Assembly (NCBI GenBank): GCA_965601835.1
Contig: OZ271842.1
Location: forward strand, 909,630-973,629
From: Rhodospirillales bacterium
Lineage (GTDB): Bacteria > Pseudomonadota > Alphaproteobacteria > Rhodospirillales > Casp-alpha2
DNA length: 64,000 nt
Reading direction: 5' to 3'
Part shown: in pieces, positions 1-8,650 of the stretch
Layout of the letters: each line of letters opens with the position of its first letter
Numbering within the stretch: the stretch's first letter is position 1
Notes under the pieces: generated by a model
The model's database searches: none
Told to the model about the DNA's origin: nothing
Seen by the model: only the letters and a program-made list of their open reading frames with translations
Position numbers and translations under genes: made by a program

Positions 1-1
1 T

Positions 2-466
2 GTCTTGGTCGAGGACGCGGCGCGGCGGGAAGCGATTGTGGCCAATTTCGAGGCCGCCAACGCCGACGCGCTGGCGGAGTATGACGGCGAGCGGGCGGAG
101 ACCTATGCCGGCCTGAAGCTGGCGGGGCTCAAGGACGCGCCGGTGCACCTGGCGGTGTTTTGCGATCACGGCACGGAGTTGGGCTATGGGCTCGGGCGGC
201 GCACCATGCCGGAGATGCTGGCCTATTCCGTGGTCGGCGCGATCACCACGCTGTGGCTGGCGGCGCGGGCGCGCGGCATCGGGCTTGGCTGGGTGTCGAT
301 CTTGGACGCCGACGCGGTCTGCAAAACCTTGGAGATCGACGCGGCGTGGCAATTGGTGGGCTATCTCTGCGTCGGCTATCCGGTCGAAGAACACGCCGAC
401 CCCGAGTTGCAGCGGCACGGCTGGCAGGACCGGGTCGACGTCACCGACTTCATCTTGAAGCGATAA
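2..466 (+). CDS. bluB: 5,6-dimethylbenzimidazole synthase BluB (nitroreductase fold), C-terminal ~153 aa; 5' end lies outside the window
   Basis: Frame is open from the window edge. C-terminal motifs GIGLGWVSILD, YLCVGYP and PELQRHGW match my memory of BluB-type nitroreductases. Confidence 0.65.
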   Translation, partial: VLVEDAARREAIVANFEAANADALAEYDGERAETYAGLKLAGLKDAPVHLAVFCDHGTELGYGLGRRTMPEMLAYSVVGAITTLWLAARARGIGLGWVSILDADAVCKTLEIDAAWQLVGYLCVGYPVEEHADPELQRHGWQDRVDVTDFILKR

Positions 467-470
467 GCCC

Positions 471-995
471 TTATCCCGACCACAGTGCCGGATCGTCCCA
501 CGGCGCCGGCACCCGCAGCACCCCCGTGGGCAGCGCCGCGTCCCCGAACCGCACCGATTGCCACGCGCCGTCCCATTCGGCGGGCAGCGGATACGGCGGC
601 GCGACCGCGCGTTCGGGGGCGAAGCCGAAGCGGCCGTAATAGTTCGGATCGCCCAGCACCAGGGCCGCATCCTTGCCCGCCACGCGGCACGCTTCGAAAC
701 CGTTGCGGACCAGCGCGCCGCCGATCCCTTGGCGATGCAGCACCGGGGTGACCGCCAGCGGGCCCAACAATGAGAGCCTCACCGCCGACCCGTCGACGGC
801 GCAGTCCGTGAACATCACGTGCCCGACGACGGCGCTATCCCGGACCGCGACGGTGGACTGCACCGCTGGCCCAAAATCGGAAAGCGTGCGCACGACCGGA
901 AACAAATCCTCGTCCGGGAACGCGGCGGCGTAGAGGATTTCCAGCGCCGAAAGATCCGTGGCCACGGCGGGCCGTAGGGTGATGTCGTCTGTCAT
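471..995 (-). CDS. GNAT family N-acetyltransferase
   Basis: RxxGIG-type acetyl-CoA motif (HRQGIGGALV) and GNAT-like length. Start placed at MTDDITL (ATG 995; ATG 1010 is also possible). The longer listed ORF runs into a repeat element. Confidence 0.8.
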   Translation of the reverse strand: MTDDITLRPAVATDLSALEILYAAAFPDEDLFPVVRTLSDFGPAVQSTVAVRDSAVVGHVMFTDCAVDGSAVRLSLLGPLAVTPVLHRQGIGGALVRNGFEACRVAGKDAALVLGDPNYYGRFGFAPERAVAPPYPLPAEWDGAWQSVRFGDAALPTGVLRVPAPWDDPALWSG

Positions 996-1046
996 CGGCG
1001 CAATGTACATCGTCCACGTGCCGGGAACGATGTCTATTCCAAGTTC

Positions 1047-1140
1047 GTCATTCCCGCGGAAGCGGGAACCCAAGCGGCTCAACTGTTTGAATTGGATCCC
1101 CGCCTAGACCTTCGGTCCGCTTCGCGCACGCGGGGATGAC
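1047..1140. repeat. MITE/REP-like element with terminal gtcat...atgac inverted ends and two internal hairpins (ttcccgc-ggaa-gcgggaa; atccccgc...gcggggat)
   Basis: Palindromes read directly. Same architecture as the elements at 6334 and 15955. Confidence 0.6.
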
Positions 1141-1199
1141 ACGGGCAAGGCTATCCCTTTACCGGTGACGGCGGCGCGCGTCCCTGCGCATAATGGGAT

Positions 1200-2540
1200 G
1201 TGGAGGATTTACTGAACCCCGAGATTTGGCAGGCCCATGCGCTGACCGTGTGGCAATGGCTGCTGGACCACGTTCTGGTGTGGTCGACCGCGGTGCAGGC
1301 CGGGATCGTCGTCGGCGCGTACCTGCTGGCGCGGGTGCTGGCGCCGCATCTGGCCAAGGTGTTCACCTTCGCCGAGGAACACTCGCGCACCCCGGTTTGG
1401 AGCCAACCGGTGATCCGCGCGGTCGCCCGGCTGGGGGTGCCGCTGATCTGGTTGACGGTGCAGTGGTTCACCCTGCTGGCGGCGACCGGGGCGGACTGGC
1501 CCAATCTGTTGATCCGAAGCGCGGTGTCGCTGTTGACCGCGTGGGTGGTGATCCAGTTCGCCGCCGGGTTCATCCGCAATCCGACCTGGTCCAAGACCCT
1601 GGCGATCACCGCCTGGACCATGGCGGCGCTCAACCTTTTGGGGTTGTTGGAGCCGACCATGGCGACGCTGGATGCCATGGCGTTTTCGCTGGGCGAGGTG
1701 CGGATCTCGGTGCTTGGCCTGATCAAGGCGGTCTTCGTTTTCGCGTTGATGCTGTGGCTCGCCGGGATCGTCAGCCGCCAGCTGGAACGGAAACTGGCCC
1801 AGGCCGAAGTGCTGTCGCCGTCGGCGCGGGTGTTGCTCGGCAAGCTGATCCAGATCCTGGTGATCGTCGTCGCCGTGGTCACGGCGCTGGAGATCATGGG
1901 CGTCGACCTCACCGCGCTGGCGGTGTTCGGGGGCGCCATCGGCCTCGGCATCGGCTTCGGCCTGCAGAAGGTGATTTCCAACCTGATGAGCGGCGTGATC
2001 CTGTTGCTGGACAAATCCGTGAAGCCCGGCGACGTGATCGCCATCGACAATACGTTCGGCTGGATCAACCGGCTCAGCGCGCGTTATGTCTCGGTCATCA
2101 CCCGCGACGGGACCGAGCACCTGATCCCGAACGAGGACCTGATCAGCCAGCGGGTGGAGAACTGGTCCTATACCGACAACCTGATCCGGCTCAAACTGCC
2201 GATCGGCATCGCCTACGAATCCGACGTGCCGCTGGCGATGACACTGGCGGTCGACGCGGCCAAGGATGTGGAGCGGGTACTGCAAAGCCCGTCGCCCGTG
2301 TGCCGCTTGATGAACTTCGGCGCCGACGCGGTGGAGTTGGAGCTTCGGGTTTGGATCGAAGACCCGCAGCGCGGCGTCGCCAATGTGACGTCGGATGTCT
2401 TGCTGAATGTGTGGAACGCCTACAAGGACGGCGGCGTGGAATTCCCGTTCTCGCAGCGGGATTTGCACCTCCGCTCCGCCGTGCCGCTGGACGTGCAGGT
2501 CACGACCCGCGCCGCGGCGGAAAAGGACACGGGGGACTAG
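1200..2540 (+). CDS. Mechanosensitive ion channel, MscS family
   Basis: Several N-terminal TM segments, then the MscS core (GLQKVISNLMSGVILLLDKSVKPGDVI ... VENWSY). GTG start at 1200. Confidence 0.85.
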   Translation: MEDLLNPEIWQAHALTVWQWLLDHVLVWSTAVQAGIVVGAYLLARVLAPHLAKVFTFAEEHSRTPVWSQPVIRAVARLGVPLIWLTVQWFTLLAATGADWPNLLIRSAVSLLTAWVVIQFAAGFIRNPTWSKTLAITAWTMAALNLLGLLEPTMATLDAMAFSLGEVRISVLGLIKAVFVFALMLWLAGIVSRQLERKLAQAEVLSPSARVLLGKLIQILVIVVAVVTALEIMGVDLTALAVFGGAIGLGIGFGLQKVISNLMSGVILLLDKSVKPGDVIAIDNTFGWINRLSARYVSVITRDGTEHLIPNEDLISQRVENWSYTDNLIRLKLPIGIAYESDVPLAMTLAVDAAKDVERVLQSPSPVCRLMNFGADAVELELRVWIEDPQRGVANVTSDVLLNVWNAYKDGGVEFPFSQRDLHLRSAVPLDVQVTTRAAAEKDTGD

Positions 2541-2615
2541 GCGGCGCCTATTGCCATTCGGCGTGTTTGTATATTTTATGTCGGCACCGTTTGAACGAAG
2601 GCTAAGGGGTGCCGC

Positions 2616-3053
2616 ATGCCAATCCGCGAACTCGTTTACATGTCCGAAGCCCGACCGGATATCACGGACGACGACATCGCCAACATCGTCGAGACCTGCC
2701 GCAAAAAGAACAAGGGGCGCGATATCACCGGATTGCTGGTCTACGCCGGCGGCGTCTTCGTGCAAATTCTCGAGGGCGAAGAAGCGACGGTCGGTACCCT
2801 GTTCGATTCGATCGCGACGGACGCGCGGCACCATGACGCCGAGGTCATATCGGACCAGATCGTCGACCAGCGGCGGTTCCCGAAATGGTCGATGGGGTTC
2901 ATCGAGACCGACCCGGCCCAAATCGGTCACCGGATCGGCATGGCGGGATCGTTGAACCGGTCGGAACTGCTCAAATTGCTCGGCACCTCCGACGATTTCG
3001 CCAGCAAAGTGCTTTGGAGCTTCGTCGAGGCGCACGACCTCGAAGCCAGCTAG
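2616..3053 (+). CDS. Short BLUF-domain blue-light FAD photoreceptor
   Basis: BLUF signature: LVYMSEA (Tyr8), ITGLLVY, VFVQILEG (Gln), D.RH, and W/M in FPKWSMGF. 145 aa with no output domain. Confidence 0.85.
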   Translation: MPIRELVYMSEARPDITDDDIANIVETCRKKNKGRDITGLLVYAGGVFVQILEGEEATVGTLFDSIATDARHHDAEVISDQIVDQRRFPKWSMGFIETDPAQIGHRIGMAGSLNRSELLKLLGTSDDFASKVLWSFVEAHDLEAS

Positions 3054-3107
3054 CGCCGGCGTCCCTCCCCCACACCCCTCCGGCCGGGTCGCACGGCTCG
3101 GTCCCCG

Positions 3108-3407
3108 TCACGTAAAGCTCAGCAAGAGCATGCCCCCGACCGTCACCAGCCGGGCAAGATCGGCCCATTGGCGCTCCCCGTCGAACCGCGCCGCCGAGCG
3201 CCAGACGCCCACGCAAACCAGGAAATTATAGGGCACGCTGGGGAGGTACCCGGCGATCAGCGCCAGCACCAGCTGGTCGAGCGTGATGAAGACCAGAAAC
3301 AGCAAACTGGAAAAGACGTTAACGATCAGACCGCCGATGACCGCCCAATTCCAAAAGGCATCCGGCAAAGGCAACTCGCCGTTCCAAAGGTCGCGAAGTT
3401 TGTTCAT
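3108..3407 (-). CDS. Small hypothetical membrane protein (2-3 TM)
   Basis: Hydrophobic segments, codon usage typical of the window, no competing gene. Confidence 0.55.
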   Translation of the reverse strand: MNKLRDLWNGELPLPDAFWNWAVIGGLIVNVFSSLLFLVFITLDQLVLALIAGYLPSVPYNFLVCVGVWRSAARFDGERQWADLARLVTVGGMLLLSFT

Positions 3408-3568
3408 TGAGAGAGATTTAGGGCGCGACCACGCCTAAACCAAGCGTGACGATGGGGCCATCTCGCGACGAATGCCGATTGAGGCTCTTATTTTGCCGGC
3501 GGTTCTCCCCTATGCTGTCAGGCAAAGGCGTTTAAGACCGTGCATGCGGCACGGAGAGAGGACCATCG

Positions 3569-4750
3569 GTGTTCATCGACTTTTTCCTAAGATTGCGCGA
3601 CGGGGGCGTGCCGTGTTCGCTCCGCGAATACCTGACCCTGATCGAGGCGGTCGACGACGGCCACGCCGACTTCGGGATGGAGGGGTTCTATTACCTGTCG
3701 CGGAGCGCCTTGGTGAAGGACGAGCGCAACCTGGATAAGTTCGACCGGGTGTTCGGCGAAGTGTTCAAGGGGATCGAAAGCCCGCCCGGCGAAGACGGGG
3801 CCGCCGCCGAGATCCCGGAGGAATGGCTCCGCAAACTCGCGGAAAAGGTCCTGACCGAAGAAGAAAAGAAACAGATCGAAGCCATGGGCGGCTTCGAGAA
3901 ACTGATGGAAACGCTCAAGAAGCGGCTGGAAGAACAGCAAAAGCGCCACCAGGGCGGCAGCAAATGGATCGGCACCGCCGGGACCTCGCCGTTCGGGGCC
4001 TATGGCTACAACCCCGAGGGTGTGCGCATCGGCCAGGACGACAACCGGAACTTCAGCGCGGTCAAGGTGTGGGACAAGCGGGAGTTCAAGAACCTGGACG
4101 ATTCCATCGAGCTCGGTACCCGCAACATCAAGGTCGCCCTTCGGCGTTTGCGCCGCTTCGCCCGCGAAGGGGCGGCGACGGAACTGGATCTGGACGGGAC
4201 CATCCGCGGCACCGCCAAGCGGGGGTATCTCGACGTGCGCATGCGCCCGGAACGGCACAACGCGGTCAAGGTGTTGCTGTTCTTCGACGTCGGCGGGTCC
4301 ATGAACCCGCACATTCAGGTGATGGAGGAACTGTTCTCCGCCGCGCGGGCCGAGTTCAAGCATCTGGAGTTCTTCTATTTCCACAATTGCCTGTACGAGC
4401 GGGTGTGGCGCGACAACGTGCGCCGGCGCAGCGACACCACGCCGACGTGGGACGTGCTGCATACCTATCCGCACGACTACAAGGTCATCATCGTCGGCGA
4501 CGCCTCAATGAGCCCGTACGAGATCGCGACCCCCGGCGGCAGCGTCGAACACTGGAACGAGGAAGCGGGCGGTGTTTGGCTGCAGCGCCTATTGGGCGTC
4601 TATCCCAAGGCCGTGTGGCTCAACCCGGTGAAACAGGAATGGTGGCGGCACACGCAATCCGTCGGCATGATCCACGAGCTGATGGACGGGCGCATGTTCC
4701 CCCTCACCCTGGGTGGGCTCGAAGACGCCATGCGCGAACTGGTGCGTTAG
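3569..4750 (+). CDS. VWA domain protein, CoxE-like family
   Basis: N-terminus MFIDFFLRLRDGGVP..S..EYLTL and a C-terminal VWA-like block (LLFFDVGGSM ... IIVGDASM) typical of CoxE/VWA proteins. GTG start. Confidence 0.75.
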   Translation: MFIDFFLRLRDGGVPCSLREYLTLIEAVDDGHADFGMEGFYYLSRSALVKDERNLDKFDRVFGEVFKGIESPPGEDGAAAEIPEEWLRKLAEKVLTEEEKKQIEAMGGFEKLMETLKKRLEEQQKRHQGGSKWIGTAGTSPFGAYGYNPEGVRIGQDDNRNFSAVKVWDKREFKNLDDSIELGTRNIKVALRRLRRFAREGAATELDLDGTIRGTAKRGYLDVRMRPERHNAVKVLLFFDVGGSMNPHIQVMEELFSAARAEFKHLEFFYFHNCLYERVWRDNVRRRSDTTPTWDVLHTYPHDYKVIIVGDASMSPYEIATPGGSVEHWNEEAGGVWLQRLLGVYPKAVWLNPVKQEWWRHTQSVGMIHELMDGRMFPLTLGGLEDAMRELVR

Positions 4751-4803
4751 CCGACGCCGCGCCCTCCATGACATCCACGCCTCATCGATAGGAACGCCCA
4801 CAC

Positions 4804-5826
4804 ATGTATGACTTTTTCTCCGACACCAAGACCAAACCCTCCATGGCAATGCGCGAAGCGGCGCTGACGGCCGAGGTCGGGGACGAGCAAAAGGACGAGG
4901 ATCCGACCACCCGCGCGCTCTGTGAGCGGGTCGCCGATTTGTTGGGCAAGGAAGCGGCGGTGTTCCTGCCGTCCGGGACCATGTGCAACGAGATCGCGGT
5001 CCGCGTGCACACCAACCCGGGCGACGAGATCATTTGCGAGCGCACGTGCCACTTGGTCGGTTACGAGGGCGGCGGCCCAGCGGCGATCAGCGGCGCGATG
5101 ATGTACCCGGTCGACGGCCAGTTCGGCATTTTCGAGCCGGAACAGGTGGCGGAGGCGATCCGGCCCATCAGCCGCTATATGCCGATCAGCCGTCTGGTGT
5201 CGGTGGAGCAGACGGCGAACATGGGCGGCGGCGCGGTGTGGCCCGCCGATAAGATCAAAGCGGTCGCCGACGTCGCCAAGGGCGCGGGCCTCGCCACGCA
5301 TATGGACGGGGCGCGGCTGATGAATGCGGCGGTGAAAACCGGCACCCCCGCCAGCGTCTACACCGACGGCTACGACAGTTGCTGGATCGACTTCACCAAG
5401 GGGCTCGGCGCGCCGGTCGGTGCGGCGTTGGCCGGTTCCGCCGACTTCATCCATCAAGCGTGGCGCTACAAGCAACAGATGGGCGGCGCCATGCGGCAAT
5501 CGGGGATCATCGCCGCGATGTGCAATTATGCCCTCGACCACAATGTCGACCGCCTGGCCGACGACCATGACCTCGCGGCCTCCATCGGACAACGCCTCGC
5601 GGCGATGGACGGCGTGACCAACGTGCTGCCGGTCGAGACCAACATCGTCATCTTCGATCTGTCCGAGAATGTCCCGGAAGCCCCCCGCGTCGTCGAGCTG
5701 ATGAAGGCGGACGGGGTCGAGGTCGGTGCATTCGGTCCGCGGCGGATTCGCGTCGTCACGCACTTGGACGTCGACCCGGCGGCGGGCGATGCGCTGTGCG
5801 CGAGCCTGGAAAAGCATCTCTCCTGA
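4804..5826 (+). CDS. ltaE: Low-specificity L-threonine aldolase
   Basis: DFFSDT...P...M..A, GDEQKDEDPT and LPSGTMCNEIA are typical of the PLP-dependent threonine aldolase family. 340 aa. Confidence 0.85.
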   Translation: MYDFFSDTKTKPSMAMREAALTAEVGDEQKDEDPTTRALCERVADLLGKEAAVFLPSGTMCNEIAVRVHTNPGDEIICERTCHLVGYEGGGPAAISGAMMYPVDGQFGIFEPEQVAEAIRPISRYMPISRLVSVEQTANMGGGAVWPADKIKAVADVAKGAGLATHMDGARLMNAAVKTGTPASVYTDGYDSCWIDFTKGLGAPVGAALAGSADFIHQAWRYKQQMGGAMRQSGIIAAMCNYALDHNVDRLADDHDLAASIGQRLAAMDGVTNVLPVETNIVIFDLSENVPEAPRVVELMKADGVEVGAFGPRRIRVVTHLDVDPAAGDALCASLEKHLS

Positions 5827-5961
5827 CGGTGCCAGAGGCCTCCTGCCGACGAGACTTGCCACCGTGACGCTCGCGAAATCGTGACGCGCGTTGCTTTGAT
5901 CGCGTTTGGGGCGTTTGCGATTTTTCCCGTCGATGCCATCGACCGAACGGGAACCTCTCAA

Positions 5962-6309
5962 ATGATCCGAAAACTATTGGTGATATTGCCACTCGTCGCG
6001 CTGAGCGGATGCGAAGCGCTGCAGCACGCGGGCGCCGGCGATCAGGAATACCGAGCCTGCGTGATCGAGCAGATCGGCGTCTTCGCGGCGGCCAACGGCG
6101 CGGGTGCGGTGATGCGTGACAAGGCAACCGCCTTCGTCATCGACGCCTGCGGCCGCGAAGAACAGGCGTTCGTCGATTTCATGGCGGATCAGGCCAGGGC
6201 CTCGCAGGGGAGCAAGTTCGCGCTGGGGCTGTACCTGCGCGAAGAAGAAGCGAACCTGCGCGGCGGCCTGCACGACCTGGCGGCGCGCCTGGTCGCGGAA
6301 AACCTCTGA
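5962..6309 (+). CDS. Hypothetical lipoprotein
   Basis: Signal peptide with lipobox MIRKLLVILPLVALSGC. ATG at 5962. Confidence 0.6.
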   Translation: MIRKLLVILPLVALSGCEALQHAGAGDQEYRACVIEQIGVFAAANGAGAVMRDKATAFVIDACGREEQAFVDFMADQARASQGSKFALGLYLREEEANLRGGLHDLAARLVAENL

Positions 6310-6333
6310 CGCTCTCTGAGTTCCCATAACGCT

Positions 6334-6418
6334 GTCATCCTGACGCACGTTAGGATCCAGTATTCACTGCGCCCGTGTCGGTGCAATGAACGCTGGGTCC
6401 TGAATCAAGTTCAGGACG
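6334..6418. repeat. MITE/REP-like two-hairpin element, copy A
   Basis: Roughly 73% identical by hand alignment to the reverse complement of 15955-16038. The first 17 nt are identical (gtcatcctgacgcacgt). Internal hairpins atcctgacg/cgttaggat and tcctgaa/ttcagga. Confidence 0.8.
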
Positions 6419-6455
6419 ATAGGGTTACAATGTGACGAGCGAGAAACCGCGGCGC

Positions 6456-7007
6456 TTATTGCGCGACGTCGGCGGCGACCTTCATGCTGACGATCTTGTC
6501 GGGGTCGGACACTTCGCCGTTGCGGCCTTGGCCGCGTTTGATCATGTCGACGAACTCCATGCCCTCGGTCACTTCGCCCCAGATGGTGTACTGGCCGTCC
6601 AGGAAATCGCCGCGCTCGAACATGATGAAGAACTGGCTGTCGGCGCTGTCGGGGCTTTGTGCCCGGGCCATGCCGACGGTGCCGCGGTAGAACCCTTCGA
6701 GATTGGTGAACTCGGCGGGGATGTTGGTCCCGCTGCCGCCAGTGCCGTTGCCGCGCGGATCGCCGGTCTGCGCCATGAAGCCATCGATCACCCGGTGGAA
6801 GTTCAGGCCGTCGTAAAAGCCCTCGCGCACCAATTCGCGAATGCGTTCCACGTGTTTCGGCGCCAGGTCGGGGCGCATTTCGATCACCACCCGGCCGTCT
6901 TTCAACTCCAGGTACAACACGTTTTCCGGATCGGGGGCGGCATCGGTCACGGCGGGGACTCCAATTACGGCTACGAACAACAATAGGCCAAGCAAACGGC
7001 GCATCAT
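6456..7007 (-). CDS. Periplasmic cyclophilin-type peptidyl-prolyl cis-trans isomerase
   Basis: FHRVIDGFMAQTGDP and FFIMF motifs, with an N-terminal signal peptide. Confidence 0.9.
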   Translation of the reverse strand: MMRRLLGLLLFVAVIGVPAVTDAAPDPENVLYLELKDGRVVIEMRPDLAPKHVERIRELVREGFYDGLNFHRVIDGFMAQTGDPRGNGTGGSGTNIPAEFTNLEGFYRGTVGMARAQSPDSADSQFFIMFERGDFLDGQYTIWGEVTEGMEFVDMIKRGQGRNGEVSDPDKIVSMKVAADVAQ

Positions 7008-7063
7008 CGTCTCCTCAGTTTGATTTTCTCAGATGTGGGGGGCCGGGCGGTCGAACGCCAGTC

Positions 7064-7630
7064 CTAATCGAACAGCGCGTCGATTTCCGATTGGCTGAGG
7101 CCCTTGCCTTCCAATTGCGGACCGCTGAGCAATTTCTCGTCCTCGGTCTTTTCTTCGGCTTTGACCTCGACTTCTTGCAGATGCTCCTCGCCCCAAATGG
7201 AGACGATGGAATCGACCCGCTGTTCGACGTAGCTCAGCGACTTGGTGATCTTGCCGACCCGCTGGCCGGTGATGTCCTGGAACGAGCACGCCTCGAAGAT
7301 CGCCTGGCTGTTGGAGGTGACCTCGTCGAGCAGCGCCCGCGCATCGGCGTTCTTGCCGATCATGATCTGCAGCTTGCTGATCACGGCGTCGTTCTTTTCG
7401 ACCCGTTCCATGATCGTGTTGGTTGCTTTCTCGGTCGCTTTGACGATGGCGTCGAGCTGGTCGCCCATGCTGTCGAAATGGAACTCGCTGTCGGCCGGAT
7501 TGTTGATCGCGGCGATCTCTTCCTTCACCCGTTGGATGTAATGGAAGAGACCCATGAGTTCGCTTTTGAGGACGTTCGGATCCATAGGTTCGGTAATTCC
7601 GTTAAAATCTGTCGGCGTATCTTGAGGCAT
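7064..7630 (-). CDS. cheZ: CheZ-like chemotaxis phosphatase
   Basis: CheZ catalytic motif ACSFQDITGQR, and an acidic C-terminal CheY-binding-like tail SQSEIDALFD. Confidence 0.75.
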   Translation of the reverse strand: MPQDTPTDFNGITEPMDPNVLKSELMGLFHYIQRVKEEIAAINNPADSEFHFDSMGDQLDAIVKATEKATNTIMERVEKNDAVISKLQIMIGKNADARALLDEVTSNSQAIFEACSFQDITGQRVGKITKSLSYVEQRVDSIVSIWGEEHLQEVEVKAEEKTEDEKLLSGPQLEGKGLSQSEIDALFD

Positions 7631-7675
7631 ATGTCGTTACTATAGCTGGAATTGAAAGAGTTGAAATCGCGGTGA

Positions 7676-8650
7676 TTACGTAGGGTCGCCCGGTTTAAGC
7701 TCCGACACAAGCATTCGGGCCGCGTCGGTCGGGGTCATGCGGCCCTCGCGGACGTCGGATTCCAACGAGGCCGCAGACGTCTCATCCGCGCGCAGCCGCG
7801 CCAAAACGGTCGCCGTCGCCTCCTCCCACATCCAATGAACCGCCTGTTCGGCCCGGATTTCCGCCAGTTTGCCGCTCTGCTTGGCAATCGCGGCAAAATC
7901 TTCGATAGCGTCCCAGACCTCGGACAGACCGGATTTCTCGTGCGCCGAGCACCGCAGCACCTTCGGCGTCCACGCGCCGTCGCCGCTGTTCAATAGGTGC
8001 AGGGCTGAACCATAATCTTGATACGCGCGCGCCGCGGCAGCCTTGAGATCGCCATCGTCCTTGGTCACTACGATCAGGTCCGCCATCTCGACGATGCCTT
8101 TCTTGATGCCCTGCAGGTCGTCGCCGCCGCCGGGCGCGACCAGCAAAACGAACATATCCACCAATTGCGCGACCGCGTATTCGGATTGCCCGACGCCGAC
8201 GGTCTCGATCAGCACCACGTCGAAGCCCGCGGCCTCGACCGCGAGCACGGTTTCGCGGGTGCGCCGCGCCACCCCGCCGAGCGACGTGCCCGACGGCGAC
8301 GGGCGGATGAAAGCGTCTGGATGGCGGGACAGTTCCTCCATCCGGGTCTTGTCGCCGAGGATCGAGCCCCCGGATTTCGGGCTCGACGGATCGACGGCGA
8401 GCACCGCGACCTTGTGCCCGGCCTCGATGACATTCAGGCCGAACGCTTCGATGAACGACGACTTCCCGACCCCCGGCACGCCGGAAATGCCGATGCGGAT
8501 CGATTTGCCGGCGTTCGGCAGCAGCTCGGCGATCGCCGCCTCGGCCTCGGTCCGGTGGTCGGCGCGCGTGCTTTCGATCTTGGTGATCAAGCGCGCCAGC
8601 GCCCGGCGGCCCGCGCCCGCCGTCTCGGTCGGTTCGGACGTGTCGGTCAT
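7676..8650 (-). CDS. meaB: Methylmalonyl-CoA mutase accessory GTPase MeaB/ArgK
   Basis: P-loop GVPGVGKSS, then AVDPSS..SGGSILGDKTRM, ETVGVGQSE and the VVTKDD NKxD-like motif. Start at MTDTSEP (ATG 8650), 4-nt overlap with the upstream gene. Confidence 0.9.
   Translation of the reverse strand: MTDTSEPTETAGAGRRALARLITKIESTRADHRTEAEAAIAELLPNAGKSIRIGISGVPGVGKSSFIEAFGLNVIEAGHKVAVLAVDPSSPKSGGSILGDKTRMEELSRHPDAFIRPSPSGTSLGGVARRTRETVLAVEAAGFDVVLIETVGVGQSEYAVAQLVDMFVLLVAPGGGDDLQGIKKGIVEMADLIVVTKDDGDLKAAAARAYQDYGSALHLLNSGDGAWTPKVLRCSAHEKSGLSEVWDAIEDFAAIAKQSGKLAEIRAEQAVHWMWEEATATVLARLRADETSAASLESDVREGRMTPTDAARMLVSELKPGDPT

Noticed and set aside
1209-3035. 608-aa minus-strand ORF
   Set aside because: It is antisense to the MscS-family and BLUF genes, which both have clear family signatures. 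Shadow ORF.
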